Origin: an uncultured delta proteobacterium
Lineage (GTDB): Bacteria; Desulfobacterota; Binatia; UBA9968
Assembly (NCBI GenBank): GCA_963816145.1
Contig: CAWFJP010000030.1
Span: 544,001 to 608,000 of the forward strand
Length of the DNA: 64,000 nt
Direction: 5' to 3'
Shown: piece after piece, positions 1 through 8,745 of the stretch
How positions within the stretch are numbered: position 1 is the first letter of the stretch
Layout: every line of letters starts with the position of its first letter
Made by a program: the position numbers and the translations under genes
Notes under the pieces: generated by a model
Seen by the model: the letters and a program-made list of their open reading frames with translations, nothing else
The model's database searches: none
Told to the model about the DNA's origin: nothing

Positions 1-21
1 ATTGGAACCGAACACCGAATG

Positions 22-56
22 AGTTCCAGACGTTCCAAATGTTCCAGAGGTTCCAT
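22..56 (+). repeat. 9-bp-period GTTCCA tandem repeat
   Basis: gttccagac-gttccaaat-gttccagag-gttccat just upstream of trmJ; same family at 2985-3099 and 16901-16980. Confidence 0.7.
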
Positions 57-67
57 CCAATCAACCC

Positions 68-826
68 ATGCTGAGTAACATCCGAGTCATAATGGTTCGT
101 CCGCGCGGCTCGGGCAATATCGGCTCGGTGGCGCGGGCGATGAAAAACTTCGGCGGCGCCGAGTTGGCCATTGTCGGCACCGCGCGCATCCAGAGTTTTT
201 GGGCCAAGGCGATGGCCGTGCACGGCCGCGACGTGCTCAGCGAAGCCAAATGCTACGATACCATCCGCGCCGCCATCGCCGACTGCACGCTCGTCGTCGG
301 CACCACTTGCCGCGCCGGCCTCTATCGCGCCCATAGCCAATCGCCCCGCGAAGTCGCACCCAGCGTCGCCGCTGCCGCCAAGCAGGGCAAAGTCGCGCTC
401 CTCTTAGGTCCCGAGGACCATGGCCTCAGCAACAAAGATCTCGAGCACTGCCAGCTTTTGGTCGATATTCCGTCCCATCCTGCCTACCGATCGCTCAACG
501 TCGCCCAGGCCGCGGTGGTTTGCTTGTATGAATTCTACGTCGGCACGTTAGCGAACTCGGCTGATGACGCGATCCAGCGCGCCGAGGCCGAGACCATCGA
601 GCGCCTGTTCGACATCATGCGCCATGCACTGCTGAAAATCGGCTTTCTCGATTCGGAAAATCCCGAACACATGCTGCTCGCCTTCCGGCGCATCTTCGGC
701 CGCGCCGGCCTCGAAGAAAAAGACGTGAGAATCCTGACCGGCATGTTCCGCCAGATCGAATGGTACGCCAATCAAGGCTGGAAAGTGGTAGCGGAAAAAG
801 AGAAGCACGGGCTCAAGATCAGATAA
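68..826 (+). CDS. trmJ: tRNA (C32/U32-2'-O)-methyltransferase, TrmJ/LasT SPOUT family
   Basis: N-terminal VRPRGSGNIGSVARAMKNFG, GPEDHGLSN and SLNVAQA SPOUT motifs. Confidence 0.85.
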   Translation: MLSNIRVIMVRPRGSGNIGSVARAMKNFGGAELAIVGTARIQSFWAKAMAVHGRDVLSEAKCYDTIRAAIADCTLVVGTTCRAGLYRAHSQSPREVAPSVAAAAKQGKVALLLGPEDHGLSNKDLEHCQLLVDIPSHPAYRSLNVAQAAVVCLYEFYVGTLANSADDAIQRAEAETIERLFDIMRHALLKIGFLDSENPEHMLLAFRRIFGRAGLEEKDVRILTGMFRQIEWYANQGWKVVAEKEKHGLKIR

Positions 827-873
827 CTTTAACGCAGCCTAGTGATGCTATAGGCGAAGAATCAAAGATTCCC

Positions 874-948
874 TTCACCACGAAGGACACGAAGAGCACG
901 AAGTTCGGAATCTTGTCTTTCCTAAACCTTCGTGATCTTCGTGGTGAA
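874..948. repeat. Palindromic CACGAAG element, copy A
   Basis: TCACCACGAAG with further CACGAAG units, AT-rich spacer, CTTCGTG units ending CTTCGTGGTGA. Confidence 0.9.
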
Positions 949-1051
949 AGAGATTTTCCGTCCGGCGGTGCTTGACCACAGATCTGGACCGCCTGTTCAA
1001 GCCGCGCTAGAGTGCGGCAAATCAAAGTAGATAGGTACTCCAGGAGGACAA

Positions 1052-1690
1052 ATGAACGTCAGCGATTTCAATCTCAAGAAAACCGCCCTGCTGTTTTTCG
1101 ACATTCTCAACGGCTACGTTCCCGAGCCGGCGCCGGGCCAGCCGCGGCTGTTGAAACCGTGGATACAGAACGCAGTGAAGCTCAGCAAAGCCGGCCGTGC
1201 CTCCGGTATGCCGCTATTCTTCGCCAAGGGCAACCACCGGCCGGACAACGCAACCACGGCGCTGCTCCTCACCGACACCAACAACTCGCTCACACCTTGG
1301 CCCAACGGCGAAGTCACCAAAACCAAAATGCACGTCATCGCCGGCGACAAAAGCTCGAATGTGCTCGCCGACCTGGGGCCGGAGCCGGACGATTACTTCA
1401 TCGTCAAATACCGCTGGAGCGCTTTCTTCCAGACCTACCTCGATCTCGCCTTGCGCACCCGCGGCATCGACACGCTCATCGTCTCCGGCGGCTCCACCGA
1501 TGTCGGCGTCACCTCGACTTTGTATTCCGCCCGGGACCTGGACTATAACACCATCGTCGTCAGCGACGCCTGCGGCACATCCCACGACCAGCGCGCCCAT
1601 GACATGCTCATGGAGCTGGTCTTCCCGCGCATGTCGCGCGTCCGCACGACGGCGCAAGTGATCGAGATGATCGAGAAAGCTCTGAGATAA
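1052..1690 (+). CDS. Isochorismatase-family cysteine hydrolase
   Basis: ALLFFDILNG, KYRWSAFFQTYLD, DTLIVSGGSTDVGV, VVSDAC; SD aggagg upstream. The usual nucleophile Cys position (TxxCV) reads TDVGV. Confidence 0.8.
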   Translation: MNVSDFNLKKTALLFFDILNGYVPEPAPGQPRLLKPWIQNAVKLSKAGRASGMPLFFAKGNHRPDNATTALLLTDTNNSLTPWPNGEVTKTKMHVIAGDKSSNVLADLGPEPDDYFIVKYRWSAFFQTYLDLALRTRGIDTLIVSGGSTDVGVTSTLYSARDLDYNTIVVSDACGTSHDQRAHDMLMELVFPRMSRVRTTAQVIEMIEKALR

Positions 1691-1705
1691 TGCGCAATAA
1701 TTTTT

Positions 1706-1785
1706 TCACCACGAAGACACGAAGAGCACGAAGGTTTCGTAAAATTAAGATTCCGGACTTCGTGTCCTTCGTGCCTTCGTGGTGA
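1706..1785. repeat. Palindromic CACGAAG element, copy B
   Basis: Three CACGAAG units, spacer, three CTTCGTG units, TCACC...GGTGA ends. Confidence 0.9.
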
Positions 1786-1839
1786 GATAGAATTTCCGTT
1801 CAACCAACAACGACAACAATTTGATAGAAGGAGTCACCC

Positions 1840-2976
1840 ATGGCATCGGAAGTTACTGCCCCCGTCGGCATCAGCAAGAGCATCAAACAGATCGGCCGCA
1901 TGGATCTGCCCGGCGGCGGCTCGGTGGTGGTCGAGAACGGCTATGCCTACGTCGGCCACATGGACCCGCCGCACGGCACCTCGATCATCGACGTCAAGGA
2001 TCCCAAGAATCCCAAAGTCGTGTCGCATATCGAAATCCCCGAAGGGCTGCACTCGCACAAGGTGCGCGTCAGCGGCGATATCATGCTGGTCAACTACGAG
2101 CGCTACAAAGCCAAGCAGGAGCTGCAATCGGGGCTCAAGGTATTCGACATATCGAATCGATCGAAGCCGCGCGAGATCGCCATGTACAAGACGCCCGGCA
2201 AAGGCGTGCATCGCTTTACCTACGATGGCCGCTACGCCTACATCTCGCCGACCGTCGAGGGCTATCAAGGCAATATCGCCATGATGCTCGACATGAAGAA
2301 CCCCGAGCGGCCCGAAGAAGTCATGCGCTGGTGGATGCCCGGACAATGGGTCGCCGGCGGCGAGACGCCGAATTTCAAAGGCGCCGACACCCGCTGCCAT
2401 CACCCGATCCGCCGCGGCGACCGGCTCTACATCAGCTACTGGCATGGCGGCTTCGCCATCGTCGACATCTCCGACCTGAGCAATCCGCGCACCGTCAGCA
2501 CGCTCGACTGGAGCCCGCCTTACCCCTGCCCGACCCATACGACATTACCGTTGTTGAACAAAGTTATGGAGCGCGACTGGCTGATCGTCACCGACGAAGA
2601 GGTCGGCGAAAAGCTGAACGAAACTCACAACGCCTTTCTCTGGGTTGTCGACATCACCAAGGAAGATCTGCCGCTGCCGGTTGCCACATTCATCGTCCCG
2701 TTCGAGGGAAAATCGACGAGCCATAGCCGCTTCGGCGCGCACCAACCCGCCGAACAAGTTTACGGCAACACTCTCTACGTCACCTGGTTCGCCGGCGGCC
2801 TGCGCGCCGTGGATTTCACCAACCCGTATCAGCCCAAAGAAGTCGGCTACTACGTCCCCAACCCCGGCAAAGGGCATGACGTCGTCATGAGCAATGATGT
2901 CTTCCATGACAAAGACGGCAAGCTCTACTTAATGGACCGCTATGACGGCCTGGAAATATTGGAAAGCCAAGTCTGA
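1840..2976 (+). CDS. LVIVD-repeat (putative beta-propeller) protein
   Basis: Repeated IIDVKDP / VFDISN / IVDISD / AVDFTNP units with His-rich loops; SD aggag. Confidence 0.75.
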   Translation: MASEVTAPVGISKSIKQIGRMDLPGGGSVVVENGYAYVGHMDPPHGTSIIDVKDPKNPKVVSHIEIPEGLHSHKVRVSGDIMLVNYERYKAKQELQSGLKVFDISNRSKPREIAMYKTPGKGVHRFTYDGRYAYISPTVEGYQGNIAMMLDMKNPERPEEVMRWWMPGQWVAGGETPNFKGADTRCHHPIRRGDRLYISYWHGGFAIVDISDLSNPRTVSTLDWSPPYPCPTHTTLPLLNKVMERDWLIVTDEEVGEKLNETHNAFLWVVDITKEDLPLPVATFIVPFEGKSTSHSRFGAHQPAEQVYGNTLYVTWFAGGLRAVDFTNPYQPKEVGYYVPNPGKGHDVVMSNDVFHDKDGKLYLMDRYDGLEILESQV

Positions 2977-2984
2977 AACGGCGG

Positions 2985-3099
2985 GTTTCAATGGTTCCAG
3001 CAGTTCCAATAGTTCCAAAGTGTAAGATCGGCCAGACCCGTCGCACGCTTCGCTCGGGATAACGACTGGAACAATTGGAACCTTTGGAACAGCTGGAAC
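2985..3099. repeat. Inverted array of 9-bp GTTCCA / TGGAAC units
   Basis: Four GTT(T/C)CA units, ~45-bp spacer, four TGGAAC units. Confidence 0.8.
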
Positions 3100-3109
3100 G
3101 TTATCGTTT

Positions 3110-3712
3110 ATGAAGCTTTACAACGTCGCCTACTCGGGAAATTCCTACAAGGTGCGATTACTGCTGGCTCAGTTGGGAATCTCCTGCGATATCATCGAAG
3201 TCGATATCTTGAAAGGTGAAAGCCGCACAGCTGAGTTTCTCAAGATCAATCCCAACGGCCGCACACCGGTGCTCGACGATGACGGCTTTATCCTAGCCGA
3301 GTCCAACGCCATCCTCGCCTATCTCGCTAGAGGGACTAAGTATCTCCCGGACGATCGCAAAAAATTTGGTCAGGTATTTCAATGGCTGTTCTTCGAGCAG
3401 TACAGCCACGAGCCGTTCATCGCTACCTCACGCTTCTGGCTCCAGCACCGACCCGACTCACCGGAAAAAACCGCCCTCTTAGCCTCCAAACGCGACGGCG
3501 GTTGGGCGGCGCTTAAAATCATGGAAGATCATCTGCAGAAGCACGATTTCTTCGTCGGCGACTATTCCATCGCCGACATCGCGCTATTTGCTTACACCCA
3601 TGTCGCTGACGAAGGTGGGTTTCCGCTCGCTGAATTTCCGAAGATTCGCGGATGGTTAAAGCGCGTCGAAGAGCAGCCTAAATTTATACCGATGTCCTCT
3701 CGTAATCTCTAG
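3110..3712 (+). CDS. Glutathione S-transferase family protein
   Basis: SGNSYKVRLLL, INPNGRTPVL, ESNAILAYLA, YSIADIALF. Confidence 0.9.
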   Translation: MKLYNVAYSGNSYKVRLLLAQLGISCDIIEVDILKGESRTAEFLKINPNGRTPVLDDDGFILAESNAILAYLARGTKYLPDDRKKFGQVFQWLFFEQYSHEPFIATSRFWLQHRPDSPEKTALLASKRDGGWAALKIMEDHLQKHDFFVGDYSIADIALFAYTHVADEGGFPLAEFPKIRGWLKRVEEQPKFIPMSSRNL

Positions 3713-5418
3713 CTCACCGATTCGGCTTCAGCCGCATAGCGATCCAGCACGTATTGGCTCATATTCCGCGCCAGTTCGCCTTCGCCGAGAAAGATTTTCC
3801 CGGCATTTTCCTTTGCCAGCAACTGCGCTTCTTCCTCGCTATGCGTGCGCACGACGGTTTCGATGCGCGGGTTGACTGTCCGGGCGATCTCGATCATCCG
3901 TCGAACGTCCAAAGTATCCGGCGTGGCAATGACCAACATGCGCGCGCGCTGGATATGCGCCTGCACCAACGTCATGGGCTCGGAAGCATCTCCGGAGACC
4001 GCCGCAAGTCCCTTCTCCCGCGCCGCTTCAATGATCTCGCGATTTTCCTCAGCCAGCACGAACGAGATACCATGCGCCGCTAATTCATCACCAATGCGCC
4101 GCCCAACGCGGCCAAAACCAACGAGAACGACATGGCCAGTGAGTCGCTTGAGGTCGATCGTCATGGGCAGCGTCGCAAGCGGATCGTCGGGGCTCTCGAA
4201 AAGTAGGGCGCGCTTCGACTTGGCGCGGATCCACGCTTGCAGAGGCTCGATGGCGCGAAAAACCAGCGGGTTGACGGCGATCGAGAGAATCCCCCCGGCG
4301 AGAATTAGACTGCGGGCCTCTCCCGGCAATATGCCAAGAGACAGCCCCAATTGGCCAAGGATGAAGGAAAATTCACCGATCTGGGCTAACCCGGCGGAGA
4401 CCGTGAGGGCGGTGTTGAGCGGATAGCGAAAGAGCAGGACCAGAAGAAAAGCGGCAAGGGATTTGCCGATAACGATGATCCCCACAACCGCTAGGACGTG
4501 ATACGGCTCTTGGACCAGCACCTGGGGATCGAAGAGCATGCCGACCGAAACGAAAAACAGCACGGAGAAGGCATCCCTGAAAGGCAGCGACTCTTCCGCA
4601 GCCCGGTGACTCAACGGCGACTCCCGCATGACCATTCCCGCGAAGAATGCGCCGAGAGCAAACGAGACTCCGAAGAGCACTGCAGCGCCGTAGGCGATCC
4701 CAACTGCTACCGCAATGACGCACAACGTAAAAAGCTCGCGCGGTCCAACGCGCGCGATATGCCAGGTGATCCAGGGGATAATACGTCGGCCACCGATCAC
4801 CATAAGGCCGACAAAAAGCGCAACTTTGCCGAAAGTCATTGCGAGAATGGTCACCAAGCCTTGACCGCCGACTTGATCGCCCCCGGAACCGCCGAGCCAC
4901 AAAGAAAACGGCGGCAACAGCACCAAAACGAGCACCGTGACCAAATCCTCGACCACCAGCCAACCCACCGCGATGTGTCCGTTGACCGTTTCTAGAACGC
5001 CCCTGCTTTCGAGAGCTCTGAGCAGCACAACCGTACTCGCTACCGACAGCGACAGTCCGAACACGAGCCCCGCCGCGAGATTCCAGCCCCAAAGATTGGT
5101 AACGGCGATGCCGAGCGATGTCGCAACGGCGATCTGCACGATCGCCCCGGGAATAGCGATCTTGCGCACCGCGAGCAGCTCGTCGATGGAAAAATGCAGT
5201 CCGACACCGAACATCAGCAACATAACTCCGATCTCGGCGAGCTGAGCCGACAGATCGAGATCAGCGACGAAACCGGGAGTAGAGGGACCGATGATTATGC
5301 CGGCGGCGAGATAGCCGATCAGCACCGGCAGCTTGAGCCGCGCCGCCAGAAAGCCCAGGGCCAAGGCCCCGCCAAGCGCGGCGACAATCGTGGTTATCAG
5401 GGCAACGTTATGCGGCAT
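3709..5418 (-). CDS. ybaL: Kef-type (CPA2) cation:proton antiporter with TrkA-N domain
   Basis: LAEIGVMLLMFGVGLHFS, PFRDAFSVLFFVSVGMLFDP, C-terminal VLVGFGRVG. Confidence 0.85.
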   Translation of the reverse strand: MPHNVALITTIVAALGGALALGFLAARLKLPVLIGYLAAGIIIGPSTPGFVADLDLSAQLAEIGVMLLMFGVGLHFSIDELLAVRKIAIPGAIVQIAVATSLGIAVTNLWGWNLAAGLVFGLSLSVASTVVLLRALESRGVLETVNGHIAVGWLVVEDLVTVLVLVLLPPFSLWLGGSGGDQVGGQGLVTILAMTFGKVALFVGLMVIGGRRIIPWITWHIARVGPRELFTLCVIAVAVGIAYGAAVLFGVSFALGAFFAGMVMRESPLSHRAAEESLPFRDAFSVLFFVSVGMLFDPQVLVQEPYHVLAVVGIIVIGKSLAAFLLVLLFRYPLNTALTVSAGLAQIGEFSFILGQLGLSLGILPGEARSLILAGGILSIAVNPLVFRAIEPLQAWIRAKSKRALLFESPDDPLATLPMTIDLKRLTGHVVLVGFGRVGRRIGDELAAHGISFVLAEENREIIEAAREKGLAAVSGDASEPMTLVQAHIQRARMLVIATPDTLDVRRMIEIARTVNPRIETVVRTHSEEEAQLLAKENAGKIFLGEGELARNMSQYVLDRYAAEAESVS

Positions 5419-5572
5419 GGAAAGGCACTCGGTCTTGGAGCATCGCGGTCACACTTCTCCGCAGCCTTGACCGGCGCTTATCTTCGTATGAACGCATGCC
5501 AAAACATACGACATTGTCGAGCTAGTGCAACCACAGTGCGGCAAAATCAGGAAGGGATGTTGCCGCTGCAAC

Positions 5573-6475
5573 CTAGGAAAGCTTTCTCCCCTCCTCCATC
5601 TCCTCCAAGGTCCGCGGCCAATCGTCTTTGAGCAAGCGTGACAGGCTGCGGTCGGCGAGCAATTTGCCGCCGGTCTGACATTTCGCGCAGTAGTTGGTTT
5701 CGTTCTCGGCGTAGACAATGCGCTGCACCGGCGCGCCGCAGACGGGACAGGGCTTGCGATACTTGCCGTGGACCGCCATGTCGTCGCGGAATGCCGTCAC
5801 TCGCTCGGGGAATTCGTTGCCGGTGTCTTTGCGAAGATCGATCGATCCACTCCGCATGCACTCGCGTGTCGCCTGAAAGAGGCTTACGATTTCGTCGTCG
5901 CTCAACTGCTTGGTCTGCTTTATTGGCGACAGCTTGGCGCGATGAAGAATTTCGTCCGAGTAGGCGTTACCGATCCCGCTGAACACATAGGGATCGGTCA
6001 AGGTTCGCTTCAGCGTGTGATTCTCGCGCGTCAGTGCGGCGCGAAACGACACCAGCTCGGCATCGAAAATCTCCAGCCCACCAGGATCATGCTCTCGGAG
6101 TTGCTCGCGGCCCTGAACGAGATGCAGCGACGCCCGCTTCTTGGTGCCCATCTCGGTCAAGAGCAACGTCGCCATAGGGAAGTCGAAGGCCGCATGGCCG
6201 TACTTGCGCGGCACGGCGATGCCGCGCTTCTTCCAATGAAACCGGCCGGTGATCATGAGGTGAAAAACCAGGAACAGCTCGTCTTCGAGCTCGAAAACGA
6301 TGCGCTTGCCGATGCGCTGGAAGCCGACAATCTTCTTGCCTTCCGCCGCCCGAATCGGCGGCTCGAAGGTGCGCAAGAGAAACGGATTGCCGAGACGAAT
6401 TTTTTCCAGAGGCTGATTTAATAAACGTGCCTGCAGGGCTTCGATGTAAATAGTGATGTCGGGAAGTTCCGGCAT
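5573..6475 (-). CDS. mutM: Fpg/Nei-family DNA glycosylase
   Basis: True start MPELPD at 6475; GIGNAYSDEIL H2TH motif; CPVC...YCAKCQ zinc finger. Confidence 0.85.
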   Translation of the reverse strand: MPELPDITIYIEALQARLLNQPLEKIRLGNPFLLRTFEPPIRAAEGKKIVGFQRIGKRIVFELEDELFLVFHLMITGRFHWKKRGIAVPRKYGHAAFDFPMATLLLTEMGTKKRASLHLVQGREQLREHDPGGLEIFDAELVSFRAALTRENHTLKRTLTDPYVFSGIGNAYSDEILHRAKLSPIKQTKQLSDDEIVSLFQATRECMRSGSIDLRKDTGNEFPERVTAFRDDMAVHGKYRKPCPVCGAPVQRIVYAENETNYCAKCQTGGKLLADRSLSRLLKDDWPRTLEEMEEGRKLS

Positions 6476-6480
6476 GGATG

Positions 6481-6518
6481 AATTAATGGAATAATGGAAA
6501 ATGGATAATTGAGAATGG
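6481..6518. repeat. Heptamer (AATGGA/TCCATT) tandem repeat
   Basis: aatggaa-taatgga-aaatgga-taattga-gaatgg; related tracts at 14556-14585 and 19851-19880. Confidence 0.65.
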
Positions 6519-6568
6519 CAGATCGTGGACTCAAATTTATCCGCGTTTGCTTCGCTGCATACAAGTTC

Positions 6569-6622
6569 CTCCCACCTTCCCATTTCCTCCCCCGCGCCGC
6601 GGGGGAGGATGAAGGAGGGGGC
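6569..6622. repeat. REP-like GC-rich palindrome
   Basis: CCTCCCCCGC-gcc-GCGGGGGAGG core (6586-6608) with imperfect outer arms. Confidence 0.7.
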
Positions 6623-6640
6623 TTGAACGATTTGAACGTG

Positions 6641-8059
6641 TTAAATCCGAGCACTCTCCCTTGCCGTCAAGAACTCCTTGGCCTGCATCGGGAACAACAC
6701 GCCCAACAGCAAATCCTCATCGCATTTCGCCAGCGGCCCGAGATCCTTGACCGCCTTATCCCAATCCGCCGGATCGGCCATCTCGCCGGAACGGATCGAG
6801 TAGTCGGGCTGTTTGTCTTTCATGATTTTCTTGATCAAGTCCGGGTTCACCGCTCCCGGCGGCCGGCCGTATTTGCCTTTGACATAATCTTGGGTCTCTT
6901 TGGTGACGATCTTGTAGCGCTCGCCGGCGAGGACGTTGAGCACCGCTTGCACGCCGACGATCTGGCTGGTTGGCGTCAGCAGCGGCGGATGGCCCAAATC
7001 TTTTTCCACGCTCGGGGTTTCTTTCAGCGCCGCGTCCATCAAGTCCATACGCTTGGCTTCCTTCAACTGCGCCACCATGTTGGAGATCATGCCGCCGGGA
7101 ACTTTGTGGATGAAAACTTCGGCGCTGACGCCGGTGTAACCGGTTTCGTATTTTTCATACTTCTCTTTGATCTGGCGGGTGATCAGCGATGGCTCTTCGA
7201 GCGCCTTCAAGTCGATGCCGGTGTCGAATGGCGTGCCGGCGAGCGACGCGACCATAGTTTCAGTCGCCGGGTGGGCAGACCCGAAAGACAACGGCGACAG
7301 CACCGTATCGATCATGTCGACGCCGGCGAGCACCGCCATCAAATGACACATGCTCGACGTCCCGCCCATGTCGTGGCAATGCAGCAACACTGGGAGCTTG
7401 CCCTTGGCGCGATCTTTGATGCCTTTGATGATCCGGTACGCATTGAAGGGCGTGAGAATTCCGGTGGCATCCTTGAGCGACAGCCAATCGGCGCCTACAT
7501 CGATCAATTGCTCGGCATACTCCAGCCATTTCGCCAGCGTGTGCACCGGGCTCACCGTGTAATTGACTTCCACATGGGCTTCGCCGCCGAACTCTTTGAC
7601 CGCCTTGGTCGCCGTCTCGATGTTGCGAAAGTCGTTGGTCGCTTCGAAGACGCGAAATACATTGATGCCGTTAGCCACCGCGCGCTCGACGAACTTGTAA
7701 ACGATCTTGTCGGTGTACGGCCGGTAGGCAAGAATATGCTGGCCGCGCAGAAGCATCTGCAGTTTGGTCTTGGGCATCACGGCTTTGATGCGCCGGAGCC
7801 GATCCCACGGGTCTTCGTTCAAGTAGCGCATGCAGACATCGAAGGTCGCGCCGCCCCAAACTTCGACGGCGTAAAAGCCGCAGTTGTCGATGGAGGCGCA
7901 TAACGGCAAGAGATCGTCGGTGGTGACCCGGGTGGCGAGTTTGCACTGCTGGCCGTCGCGCGGTGTCAAGTCCGTGATCTTGACCCTGCGGCTGCCCGCC
8001 GGCTCGGTGAGCAGTTTGTTCATGTCGGCAGCCAATTGGTTCAATACTTCGTCGCTCAT
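6641..8059 (-). CDS. Pyruvate carboxylase subunit B / oxaloacetate decarboxylase alpha-like carboxyltransferase without biotin-carrier domain
   Basis: RDGQQ, EVWGGATFD, MLLRGQ, LKDATG, HCHD, VPGGMISN, TPTSQIVG; no AMKM biotin motif. Confidence 0.85.
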   Translation of the reverse strand: MSDEVLNQLAADMNKLLTEPAGSRRVKITDLTPRDGQQCKLATRVTTDDLLPLCASIDNCGFYAVEVWGGATFDVCMRYLNEDPWDRLRRIKAVMPKTKLQMLLRGQHILAYRPYTDKIVYKFVERAVANGINVFRVFEATNDFRNIETATKAVKEFGGEAHVEVNYTVSPVHTLAKWLEYAEQLIDVGADWLSLKDATGILTPFNAYRIIKGIKDRAKGKLPVLLHCHDMGGTSSMCHLMAVLAGVDMIDTVLSPLSFGSAHPATETMVASLAGTPFDTGIDLKALEEPSLITRQIKEKYEKYETGYTGVSAEVFIHKVPGGMISNMVAQLKEAKRMDLMDAALKETPSVEKDLGHPPLLTPTSQIVGVQAVLNVLAGERYKIVTKETQDYVKGKYGRPPGAVNPDLIKKIMKDKQPDYSIRSGEMADPADWDKAVKDLGPLAKCDEDLLLGVLFPMQAKEFLTARESARI

Positions 8060-8159
8060 GGAAATTCTCCTCTAGTTTCACGGTGGATCGGACAGCCTCC
8101 GCGTTGGCACCGTTTATAGGCCATTTCATGTAGCGACAGCAAAGACCTGAACATCCTCG

Positions 8160-8239
8160 TCACCACGAAGGCACGAAGAGCACGAAGTTCGGAATAATAA
8201 ATTCCCAAAACCTTCGTGTCCTTCGTGCCTTCGTGGTGA
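8160..8239. repeat. Palindromic CACGAAG element, copy C
   Basis: Same structure and inner asymmetry as copy A. Confidence 0.9.
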
Positions 8240-8322
8240 AAACTCTTTCCCAATTGGACGCAATAGTCCAGTCCAAGTTTTGCGCCTTGCATTTCCGAAC
8301 TTATTCTCCTACAAACCGGCAA

Positions 8323-8670
8323 ATGAAGATCGTCCGACTTTACACCGGCGCCGATAGCGAATCGCACTTCGAAGACATCGAGGTTGAAATGAATCCGCAA
8401 GGTGTCGATTTGGTTTCGGCGCTGCATCCGGCCCATGGCATCATGTTCCGTACGGCGACGCCGAGCCATCAGAGCGGCTATCATACCGTGCCGAGACGAC
8501 AATATGTCATCACGCTCGCCGGCCAAGTCGAGATTGAGACCGGTGACGGCACCGTGCGCCACTTCGGACCAGGAGACGTGATGCTCGCCGAGGACACCAC
8601 CGGGCGCGGCCATATGACCCGCGTGGTCGGCGACCAGCCGCGCCACTATGTCTTCATCCCGTTGAAATAG
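8323..8670 (+). CDS. Small cupin-fold protein
   Basis: MKIVRLYTGADSESHFED, HTVPRRQYVITLAG, GDVMLAEDTTGRGH. Confidence 0.75.
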   Translation: MKIVRLYTGADSESHFEDIEVEMNPQGVDLVSALHPAHGIMFRTATPSHQSGYHTVPRRQYVITLAGQVEIETGDGTVRHFGPGDVMLAEDTTGRGHMTRVVGDQPRHYVFIPLK

Positions 8671-8745
8671 GAAAAGCTAATCGACTCACAACCCGTTTCG
8701 CTCCGACGGGACCGTTTCTCCGTCGCTATCGTCCCCTGCTCGAAC

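Noticed and set aside
5830-5865. Odd stretch RSGSIDLRK in MutM, with EWIDR in another frame
   Set aside because: Looks like a compensating -1/+1 indel pair, probably sequencing error, not recoding
6509-7903. 464-aa plus-strand ORF and many similar long ORFs
   Set aside because: Antisense shadows of well-supported genes in high-GC DNA
8668-8670. Pyrrolysine read-through of the cupin TAG
   Set aside because: No pyl genes or tRNA-Pyl in the window; alternative start is simpler
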